IMG/VR virus record: IMGVR_UViG_3300045988_126595
Coordinates: 1 to 33,012 of that record
Length of the DNA stretch: 33,012 nucleotides
Strand: one strand, 5' to 3'
Source: a virus
In this document: in pieces, positions 15,209 through 22,432 of the stretch
Layout of the letters: every line of letters begins with the position of its first letter
How positions within the stretch are numbered: position 1 is the stretch's first letter
The notes under the pieces: generated by a model
What the model was told of the DNA's origin: nothing
The model's database searches: none
The model's input: only the letters and a program-made list of their open reading frames with translations
Program-made: the position numbers and the translations under genes

Positions 15209-15559
15209 ATGAAAGAATATACAAGAAAAAATAAGTATAAAAACGAAATAACATATTATAAAGATATAAGATTTTCAAGTAAAAAAGAAATGCAAAGATA
15301 TAAAGAGCTTGAATTATTAGAAAGTACTGATTATATATGCAATCTAGAATTACAAAAAAAGTTCTTACTTCAAGAGGGATATACAAATGCTAAAGGAAAA
15401 AAGATAAGACCTATATATTACATAGCAGACTTTTGCTACTATGATTATATTGATAATAAATGGGTAGTAGAAGATACTAAAGGAGTTAGAACAGAAGTTT
15501 ATAAATTAAAGAAGAAATTATTTGAATATAAGTATAATTTAACAATAGATGAATTATAG
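15209..15559 (+). CDS. DUF1064-family protein (putative PD-(D/E)XK-type endonuclease/resolvase)
   Basis: NKYKN..YYKDIRFSSKKEMQRYKELELLE...LELQKKF...IYYIADFCYYD...WVVEDTKG..T..YKLKKKLF matches the family pattern as I remember it. Confidence 0.65.
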   Translation: MKEYTRKNKYKNEITYYKDIRFSSKKEMQRYKELELLESTDYICNLELQKKFLLQEGYTNAKGKKIRPIYYIADFCYYDYIDNKWVVEDTKGVRTEVYKLKKKLFEYKYNLTIDEL

Positions 15560-15908
15560 TACTACCCTTATAGGTAGTATACTGATGATATATGCCCTCT
15601 AATTTAATTAGGAGGACTTAATCGCTTATAAACGACCAGTTATATCATTAGTATAGTACTTATAAGTATAAAAGACTTAAAGAACCGATGCCTGACTATG
15701 GTTTATGGTGTCAGTATATATTTATAAGTACTAGTAAAGCAAACCCCTTTATAAGTACTGCTATTAAGCAGTACACTGATAATATGCAAGTGTAGGTTAG
15801 GTTCGCCAATGCGGCACTAAATTTCTAACAGGCTAACTACTTTAGAAAACTAGACATATTATTAGTGTAGTGTTTAATAACACTGGAAAGAAGAAGGAGG
15901 CGTCAGAA
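15560..15908. other. 349-bp non-coding, locally GC-richer, hairpin- and repeat-dense region upstream of the terminase genes: candidate cos/pac packaging site
   Basis: Five YTTATAAGTA-like repeats start near 15567, 15626, 15659, 15721 and 15748. Hairpins: 15560-15579; a long-range stem tactgatgatata / tatatcattagta; gtactgct-atta-agcagtac near 15754-15773. A 15-nt direct repeat taacactggaaagaa occurs at 15878 and 15923. Confidence 0.4.
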
Positions 15909-16151
15909 ATGGCAAAAAAGAGTAACACTGGAAAGAAAAAGGTTGATGTTATTAGTTTAGATAACAAGCCGGTTAATCCACAAGTTCAAGAGGAAAAAGT
16001 AGAAGTACCAGCAAAGTTTGTTAAGGCTATGCCTAACACTCCGAAAACAGCGGAAAGTAAAATTAAATTACATAATGGAAGAGTATATAAAGACTTAGAC
16101 AATGGCTATGGTATGTATTCTGATAATGGACAAGTATTTAGACTTAAATAG
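15909..16151 (+). CDS. Hypothetical basic protein (80 aa)
   Basis: RBS gaaggagg lies 8 nt upstream of ATG 15909. Confidence 0.65.
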   Translation: MAKKSNTGKKKVDVISLDNKPVNPQVQEEKVEVPAKFVKAMPNTPKTAESKIKLHNGRVYKDLDNGYGMYSDNGQVFRLK

Positions 16152-16160
16152 GAGGTAAAT

Positions 16161-16397
16161 ATGGAGTTTATTAAATTGAGAGAAGATAGATATTTAATCA
16201 AGGACAGTAATGGCTTGATTGTATCTAACGAAGAGAAACTAAAATTAGAAAAGAAAGAATTAATCATTAAAGATATAGAAAGCAATGAGTGTCAAGGAAA
16301 GACTACTCAGAGAATTGAAGAAATAGATAGGGAGTTGGAAAATGGAAACAAGTCTAAATCTAACACTATCAAAAAAGCAAAGTCAACTACTAAATGA
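16161..16397 (+). CDS. Hypothetical protein immediately upstream of TerL (small-terminase position, no recognisable motif)
   Basis: RBS taggaggt; overlaps the TerL start by 56 nt in another frame. Confidence 0.55.
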   Translation: MEFIKLREDRYLIKDSNGLIVSNEEKLKLEKKELIIKDIESNECQGKTTQRIEEIDRELENGNKSKSNTIKKAKSTTK

Positions 16398-17943
16398 TAT
16401 AATTAGCCCTAATCTAACTGAAATATATGTATTAGGAAGTACGCAAAGTGGCAAGACCTTTGATATATGTTTAGGGTGTATCTTATATGCACAAGCCTTA
16501 TATAATTATAATCCAAATGAAACTTACTTTGGCTCTATAACTGGTTGGAGTTTAGAGGCATTAAAAGGTAACATCTTAGAGCCTTTAAAAAAGTTTCTAG
16601 ATGATATGAAGTTAGAAAAAGGAAGAGATTATACATTAAGGTGGCAGACCGATGACAAATATCTTGAAATATACAATATCAGATATTATTTCTTTGGTTT
16701 TAATAATGTACTTGCATTTAATAAGATATTAGGTAAGCCTTTGATATTTGAATGGATAGATGAAAGTGCTAGAATATATTCACAAGATAATTTAAGAGAG
16801 CCATTTAATGAGTTCCCTGGTAGACAAGTATCTTATGCAGACCATCCTTATTTAAAGACTATACATTCATTCAATGTTGAGGGTGGGGAAAATCATCCAT
16901 ACAAGATTGACTATATAGATAAGAAGCCTTATGCTAAGCATTATTCCTTTTTTCCTTATGATAATCCTAAGATAAAAACAGAAGAAGCAATGAGGAAAGT
17001 ATTAGAAATGTTTCCACCTGGAAACCTAAGAGAACAAAAGATATTTAATAAATGGGTACTTGCAACTGGTAGAGTATTCAATACTATAAACACTATAGAT
17101 AATCTTGATAATTATGCTTTTAGAGAAATAGGAATAGGAATAGACTATGGTTCAGTCCATGCGACAGTCTTCGTACCTATTGCTCTTGCTTATGATAAGG
17201 TAAATAAGAAATGGGTGTTAATAAGGTTAGAGTATTACTACCATAATGCTAAAGAAGAACAAGATAACCCTACAACTGAATACTTTAGTAAGCAATTAAG
17301 ATTATTCTTATTGTATCTAAAAAGCGAGTATGGACAAGTGCCTATTACCACAATGGTATTAGATAGTGCCGCCGCTCACTTCCATAATAGGTTAATTGCT
17401 GATAATATACCACATACATTAATCAATAAAAGCATGGATAATGTAGTTGAGGGAGTTCAATATATGCAATCTTTGTTTTATAAGGGATATTTGCTTATAT
17501 ATAAACAAAAAGCAATTAAGCACATAACCGACAATGGCGAATTAATTTATAGTGGTAAAGATGATGGAATGCTTGAATTAGAAAGTTATAGATATGACTT
17601 AAAGGCAAGTGCTAAAAGTGGTAAAGAAGCCTATGTAAAAGAGTTTGATGACCACATAGATGCTTGCTTAACAGGAGATACTATTATTGCAACAGATAGA
17701 GGTAATTTCAAAATAATTGATTTAGTTGGAAAAAGTGGAAATGTTAAATGCTTTGATGGTAATAAATTTATATATAAAAATTTTAAAGATGTAAGGCTTA
17801 CAAAAAGAAAACAAGACATATATAAATTAAAATTATCAAATGGTTATGAATTAAAAGGTACATATGACCATCTTATATTAACTACAAAGGGCTATAAGAA
17901 ATTAGGAGAATTAACTGAGAAAGATAAAATCATTTGCAATTGA
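16342..17943 (+). CDS. terL: Terminase large subunit N-extein (16342-17664) fused to an N-terminal split-intein half (17665-17940)
   Basis: Walker A GSTQSGKT, Walker B LIFEWIDES, nuclease motifs GIDYGSVHA, VLDSAAA and DDHIDA. The ORF then reads CLTGDTIIATDRG (intein block A) ... GTYDHLILT (block B) and stops at TGA 17941. Confidence 0.9.
   Translation: METSLNLTLSKKQSQLLNDIISPNLTEIYVLGSTQSGKTFDICLGCILYAQALYNYNPNETYFGSITGWSLEALKGNILEPLKKFLDDMKLEKGRDYTLRWQTDDKYLEIYNIRYYFFGFNNVLAFNKILGKPLIFEWIDESARIYSQDNLREPFNEFPGRQVSYADHPYLKTIHSFNVEGGENHPYKIDYIDKKPYAKHYSFFPYDNPKIKTEEAMRKVLEMFPPGNLREQKIFNKWVLATGRVFNTINTIDNLDNYAFREIGIGIDYGSVHATVFVPIALAYDKVNKKWVLIRLEYYYHNAKEEQDNPTTEYFSKQLRLFLLYLKSEYGQVPITTMVLDSAAAHFHNRLIADNIPHTLINKSMDNVVEGVQYMQSLFYKGYLLIYKQKAIKHITDNGELIYSGKDDGMLELESYRYDLKASAKSGKEAYVKEFDDHIDACLTGDTIIATDRGNFKIIDLVGKSGNVKCFDGNKFIYKNFKDVRLTKRKQDIYKLKLSNGYELKGTYDHLILTTKGYKKLGELTEKDKIICN
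17665..17940 (+). mobile_element. Intein N-terminal half (IntN, 92 aa)
   Basis: Cys1 lies at 17665-17667, directly after the terminase DDHIDA motif. Blocks A and B are present; there is no endonuclease domain or blocks F/G before the stop. Confidence 0.8.
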
Positions 17944-17968
17944 CACGATTAGATATTTATTGTATAAT
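17940..17968 (+). promoter_or_regulatory. Perfect consensus sigma-A promoter driving the intein-embedded HNH gene
   Basis: TTGACA (17940-17945, overlapping the TerL-IntN TGA stop), 17-nt spacer, TATAAT (17963-17968), then RBS aggaga 7 nt before ATG 17987. Confidence 0.7.
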
Positions 17969-17986
17969 TAACTAGGAGATGATTAT

Positions 17987-18613
17987 ATGATAAAATATGA
18001 AAATGATTATGCTTATGTTGATGGTTATAAATTTAAGAAAAATACAAGAGATAATTATTATTTATCTTCTAACAATATTGGCAATAGAAGAAAATATTTG
18101 CACATTTATATATGGGAAAAGCATAATGGGGAAATACCAAAAGGTTATGATATACACCATATAGACCACAACAAAGATAACAATGAAATAAGCAACCTTA
18201 AAATGATATTAAAAAGAGAACATAGCTTATTACATTCAAAAGAATTAACCGAAGAACAAAAAGCAAAAAAAATAAAGAACTTTAATGAAAAGGCAAGACC
18301 AAAAGCAATAGAATGGCATAAATCAAAAAAAGCAGAAAAATTCCATAAAGAACAATATAAAATTTCTCTAGGGAAAATGAAACCGCAAAAAATTACTTGT
18401 GAAAATTGTGGAAAAGATTATTATTCAATTTGTAATGGTAGAAATAAATTTTGTTCTAATAAATGTAAAAGTGCTTATAGAAGAAAAATAGGAGTAGATA
18501 ATATTGAAAAAAAATGTATCAAATGTGGAGAAAAATTTGAAGTTAACAAATATTCAAAAAGAGAGCAATGTTATAATTGCTACCCCTGTAGAAATAAAAA
18601 AACTTCCAAATAA
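17987..18613 (+). CDS. Free-standing HNH homing endonuclease with C-terminal zinc ribbons
   Basis: YLHIYIWEKHNGEIPKGYDIHHIDHNKDNNEISNLKMILKREHSLLH, plus CENCG...CSNKC and CIKCG...CYNC. Confidence 0.85.
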   Translation: MIKYENDYAYVDGYKFKKNTRDNYYLSSNNIGNRRKYLHIYIWEKHNGEIPKGYDIHHIDHNKDNNEISNLKMILKREHSLLHSKELTEEQKAKKIKNFNEKARPKAIEWHKSKKAEKFHKEQYKISLGKMKPQKITCENCGKDYYSICNGRNKFCSNKCKSAYRRKIGVDNIEKKCIKCGEKFEVNKYSKREQCYNCYPCRNKKTSK

Positions 18614-18737
18614 AGAAGATGTTTATAATATGGAGGTGGAAGAAGTGCATAATTTTGTTGCCAATAGAATTGTGGTTCATAATTGTAGGTATATCATAAT
18701 AGAGTTTAAAGAAACTGATAGAGCGCCAGTGGTATAA
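18537..18737 (+). CDS. terL: Intein C-terminal half (IntC) plus 17-aa terminase C-extein (18684-18734); start uncertain (TTG 18537 preferred, ORF open from 18504)
   Basis: ...KEDVYNMEVEEVHNFVANRIVVHN|CRYIIIEFKETDRAPVV shows block F (VYNMEVEEVHNFVAN) and block G (VVHN followed by Cys+1). gtggag lies 6 nt upstream of TTG 18537. Overlaps the HNH gene 3' end in another frame. Confidence 0.75.
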   Translation: MKLTNIQKESNVIIATPVEIKKLPNKEDVYNMEVEEVHNFVANRIVVHNCRYIIIEFKETDRAPVV

Positions 18738-18743
18738 AAGGAG

Positions 18744-18968
18744 TTGATTAAAATCGAAATTCGTTGTAAATCTACAAAAAGATATTTATTTAAAATAGAA
18801 ATTGAAGAATATTATAAAAATCTAAAGAAGATGGGGATAGAAGTAGAAACTCCTTTGGTAATAGAATATCCTTGCCCTAAGTGTAAGATGATAGAAGTAT
18901 ATGAAATCTACCCTACTCATTACATACATATTAGAAGTTATAAAAGAGATGTTGACAATAATAAATAA
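18744..18968 (+). CDS. Small zinc-ribbon protein, Mu Com-like pattern (start uncertain)
   Basis: IEIRCKSTKRYLFKIE...EYPCPKCKMIEVYEI resembles the Com motif eiRCpkCnklLfk...ikCprCk, with the first CxxC degenerate. The RBS aaaggag abuts TTG 18744. Confidence 0.5.
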   Translation: MIKIEIRCKSTKRYLFKIEIEEYYKNLKKMGIEVETPLVIEYPCPKCKMIEVYEIYPTHYIHIRSYKRDVDNNK

Positions 18969-18980
18969 TTATGCTATAAT
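18952..18980 (+). promoter_or_regulatory. Consensus sigma-A promoter with extended -10; twin of 12813
   Basis: TTGACA (18952-18957), 17-nt spacer, TGcTATAAT with TATAAT at 18975-18980. Confidence 0.65.
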
Positions 18981-19025
18981 TTAAGAGATAGAAAAGTGCG
19001 AAAAAGTGTGTCGTAAACATAAGAA

Positions 19026-19060
19026 GCATATAGTTAAAAAGAGATAACTATATGTTTTTT
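19026..19060 (+). terminator. Intrinsic terminator about 70 nt downstream of the 18952 promoter, upstream of the head genes
   Basis: catatagtta (19027-19036) pairs with taactatatg (19045-19054) around an 8-nt loop, followed by tttttt (19055-19060). The stem is A/U-rich. Confidence 0.55.
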
Positions 19061-19090
19061 ATTATTTATACACATAGAAAGGAGTTAAAA

Positions 19091-19429
19091 ATGAGAACTC
19101 TAATAGAAAAAATAAGTGCCATTTTTAATAAATTAATCGGCAAAATTGCAGAATTTATGCAAAAATTAAGATTAAATTACGAAAATAATAGAAAATGGAC
19201 TTTATATTTATATTTAAATGGTCAATGTATAGATAAAAGAAAAATAGATAAAGACTTTGCTCCTATGGGAAAATTCTATATAGTAAAAGTAAGAGGCATG
19301 AAACATTTACTAGGAACTAATAGAAAAGTACAAATAGTAGTTCAAAGTTATAAATATAAATTGACTGATGAAAAGAAAAGAGAGGCTCATATTGAAACTC
19401 TAATATATGAGGGAGTTGATATTAAATGA
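19091..19429 (+). CDS. Hypothetical protein
   Basis: RBS aaaggag lies 7 nt upstream of ATG 19091 (ORF-track start 19052 lies in the terminator). Confidence 0.7.
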   Translation: MRTLIEKISAIFNKLIGKIAEFMQKLRLNYENNRKWTLYLYLNGQCIDKRKIDKDFAPMGKFYIVKVRGMKHLLGTNRKVQIVVQSYKYKLTDEKKREAHIETLIYEGVDIK

Positions 19430-20790
19430 ATAATCAAGTAAGATTAAAATCAGCATACAACTATTTAGAGGCTCCATATATAAGAGTAGAGGCAACAGTA
19501 ACTCAGCCTGGTATAACTAATGGGAAACCTAATATTTATAAGAAAAATGACTATATAATTGCCCCTAGTGGTAAAAAGGTTGCTACATATATAGTTAATC
19601 AAATATTCGGTTCAGATTTAGTAACGCAGACAGATGGATTATCAATAAACTGGTTAATGCCTACACTTAAAGAGAGCCTAGAATTAGCGGTATATGAAGA
19701 AGAAAGTTTCATATTAATAAATAAGTTTGATAATAAAATATATCTAGAGTGTATTAAGAAATCAGATATACATGATTTAGTACAAAAATATGACAAAGTA
19801 ATAAGTGGTACTATCATACAAGAATTTGTTACTAAAGAAGATATATATGAACTTCATAGAAATATCAAGTTAGAGAATGGTATTACTTATATGACTATGG
19901 AAGTATTCAAAGAAGATAAAGGTGGAAAATTAATACCTGTTGATTTAGGTACATTCAATCTAAGAACTGGCAATGAATATATTGCTAAGTATATATTACC
20001 TTATGAAAACCTAATCAATATAGATATAGGTCAAAATTTCTTTAAAGATAGTAAAAAGTTCTTAAATGAAGAAATGGAAATATTCAATACCTTTGTTGAT
20101 GAAATAGAAAAGACCAAAACTAAGATAGTAACAAGTCAACACTATCAAAGTGGAGACATAGTAACTAATTGGCAACCTGCTTCTAATCATTATAAAGTTG
20201 ATACATTAAGTGTTGGTAAATTAGCAGATTACTTTACTTTATTACCTGGAGATAAAGACCATCAATTATTCGAGTTTTTACAAGGTAATATTAGATTTAA
20301 TGAATATATTAGTTCATTTAAATTCTGTGATTATCAAGTAATACAAATGGCTGGACTAAGTCCTGCAACATTTGGTTATGAAAAAGATGCTTATCAGAAT
20401 GTTGATAGTATAGACCTAAGTAAGAATAATTCTGATATGACTATTGAGGCAATAAAGACACAAATAGAGCCTCAAATAAACCATTTACTTGAAAATGTAG
20501 TAAAGGCTCAACAAGCAAACAACATAAAAGTTAATCTAATACCTACCGAGTTAAATTGGGATTATGGAGCAAATGAGAAATTCAATGATATGAAGAAACT
20601 TCAAGTATTAGGAAGAATTCAAAGTGTTGGAAGTGTTCCATATAGTGTAAAGGCTAAAATAATAACACCTATCCTTAATAAGTTAATTGATGATGATTAT
20701 GTAGGCAAAAATGGTAAATTAATAGAAGAATTAATCAATGCTAATAAAGAGGAAGAAGAAGAAATACAAGTTAAGTTTGGAGAAGTATAA
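19426..20790 (+). CDS. Portal protein (by size and position)
   Basis: 454 aa, between the terminase and the MuF-like gene; ATGA/TAATG coupling. Confidence 0.7.
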   Translation: MNNQVRLKSAYNYLEAPYIRVEATVTQPGITNGKPNIYKKNDYIIAPSGKKVATYIVNQIFGSDLVTQTDGLSINWLMPTLKESLELAVYEEESFILINKFDNKIYLECIKKSDIHDLVQKYDKVISGTIIQEFVTKEDIYELHRNIKLENGITYMTMEVFKEDKGGKLIPVDLGTFNLRTGNEYIAKYILPYENLINIDIGQNFFKDSKKFLNEEMEIFNTFVDEIEKTKTKIVTSQHYQSGDIVTNWQPASNHYKVDTLSVGKLADYFTLLPGDKDHQLFEFLQGNIRFNEYISSFKFCDYQVIQMAGLSPATFGYEKDAYQNVDSIDLSKNNSDMTIEAIKTQIEPQINHLLENVVKAQQANNIKVNLIPTELNWDYGANEKFNDMKKLQVLGRIQSVGSVPYSVKAKIITPILNKLIDDDYVGKNGKLIEELINANKEEEEEIQVKFGEV

Positions 20791-21764
20791 TGAAGAAAGA
20801 CCCATTTAGTTTATTTATAGAAGATAGTGCTTACTATTCAAAGAATGAATATTATAAACTAATGTATGAAACTAAACGAGTATTCTTCGATTACCTATAT
20901 AAAAATAAAACACTAGCAGAGTTCAAAAAAGAAACTGCAAAAATATGGGAAAAGGTAGACCATAAATATATGGCTGAAAGAATAAAAGAACTCGAAGATA
21001 TGATAATGGCTAGAGATTTAGAGGGAAATAAGATATTAAATCCTGATGCCGAATATAAACAAATATATGAATTAGCAAGTGAAAAAGTATTCCAAAATGT
21101 AGAGAAGAAATATAAATATAATATTGATGAATATTATAAAGGCAGAAGAAAGACAGCAAACAAAAGTTATATAGATAGAGAAAGTTATTTATCTAAACTA
21201 GTAACTAAATATGATGAAGTGCAAGCAACTATACCATACCATAATAAAGATGGTTCAGTAAGAAGTTGGCACAATGTTGCAGATTATAATTCAATGCTAT
21301 ATAATACTAATCTCAATCATGCAGGATGGAATAGAACGATGTACGATGCTAATTTATTAGAGAAAGAACTTTTATATTTACCAGCCCATACATTTGCTTG
21401 CCCTTTATGTATGCCTTATCAAGGTAAGGTATATAGTAAAGATGGAAGGAGTGGATATACTTCTGATGGAGTTAGATATTATCCACAAGAAGAAGCAATT
21501 GCTGGTGGTGTAGGTCATCCTAATTGTAGACACCAATGGACTATATATTGGGATAAAGACCAAATACAAGAGAATGATTATAATTCTGATAAGTGGCAAG
21601 AAGATTATGAAAAAAAGCAAAAGATACAAGCCCTACAACTAAAAAGAACTAAATTAAAAAATGATAAAAAGATATATGAAAATTTAGGAAATGGAAGTGA
21701 GGTGGATAAAACAAATGCTAAAATAAAAAAGATAAATGCCACTATAAAAGAATTAAATAAATAG
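20790..21764 (+). CDS. Head morphogenesis protein (SPP1 gp7 / Phage_Mu_F family)
   Basis: NVADYNSMLYNTNLNHAGWN ... CPLCMPYQGKVYS ... GHPNCRHQW is the characteristic MuF core. Confidence 0.8.
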   Translation: MKKDPFSLFIEDSAYYSKNEYYKLMYETKRVFFDYLYKNKTLAEFKKETAKIWEKVDHKYMAERIKELEDMIMARDLEGNKILNPDAEYKQIYELASEKVFQNVEKKYKYNIDEYYKGRRKTANKSYIDRESYLSKLVTKYDEVQATIPYHNKDGSVRSWHNVADYNSMLYNTNLNHAGWNRTMYDANLLEKELLYLPAHTFACPLCMPYQGKVYSKDGRSGYTSDGVRYYPQEEAIAGGVGHPNCRHQWTIYWDKDQIQENDYNSDKWQEDYEKKQKIQALQLKRTKLKNDKKIYENLGNGSEVDKTNAKIKKINATIKELNK

Positions 21765-21843
21765 ACCAACTGCTATTAAGTCTATAAAAGGTTAGCAGTC
21801 GCGACACACTTTTATCACTTCTAAAAAAAGGAGAATGATAAAT

Positions 21844-22392
21844 ATGAATTTTGATATTACTAAATATCTAAAAAATAAAGAGATTACTATAAGTAATGAT
21901 GACCTAGATGTTTCTGCAATGGAAAAAGACCTTTATAAAGGCTATACAAAGAATAGTGATATTCCTAAGGCTGATTATAGTGGTTATGTAAAAAAAGAAG
22001 ATTATACTAAACTTCAAGGAGATTATACAAGTCTAGAAACTAACTACAACAATACTGTTAAAACTTTAAGTGAAACAAATGACAAGATGACTAGATTAAG
22101 TCTAGAGAATAAACTTGTTAAAAAAGGATTTAAAGAAGAAAACTTTGATGAAGTAGTTAAGTTAAGAAATAGTCTTTATGCTGATGAAAAAGATGATGAT
22201 AAGGCAATTGAGGGAATAGTAACTAGATTTAAAAATACATACTTCCCAGAAACAGAAAAGAAGCATGACATACTATTTACACAAGCACCTAATGAGGGTG
22301 GAGTAAATGGAAATAATGCTAATACTGGTAAAGATATAAAGATAACAAGAGGTACTAGTATTAAAGATTTAATGATACCTGTAACTAAATAA
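21844..22392 (+). CDS. Scaffolding protein (by position and composition)
   Basis: RBS aaaggaga lies 9 nt upstream of ATG 21844. Charged, helical protein directly upstream of the capsid gene. Confidence 0.55.
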   Translation: MNFDITKYLKNKEITISNDDLDVSAMEKDLYKGYTKNSDIPKADYSGYVKKEDYTKLQGDYTSLETNYNNTVKTLSETNDKMTRLSLENKLVKKGFKEENFDEVVKLRNSLYADEKDDDKAIEGIVTRFKNTYFPETEKKHDILFTQAPNEGGVNGNNANTGKDIKITRGTSIKDLMIPVTK

Positions 22393-22432
22393 TTTTAGTT
22401 AAATATAGAGGAAAGAAAAGGAGGAAGAAATT

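Noticed and set aside
15795-15845. tRNA-like T-loop string ggttcgcc in the non-coding island
   Set aside because: No complementary T-stem, acceptor stem or anticodon arm can be drawn around it.
18504-18536. Upstream part of the IntC ORF (TTG 18504)
   Set aside because: No RBS. TTG 18537 is preceded by gtggag at the right spacing and still leaves all IntC blocks. The start remains uncertain.
17944-18536. Group I intron carrying the HNH ORF instead of a split intein
   Set aside because: The flanks encode clear protein-level intein blocks A/B and F/G. The insert has its own consensus promoter and RBS, and I could not see P-helix-like conserved intron cores by eye. This is not formally excluded without RNA data and is listed as the refutation test.
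21769-21799. Hairpin aactgct/agcagtt after the MuF-like gene as a terminator
   Set aside because: Only 7 bp with a 17-nt loop and no U-run, which is weak evidence.
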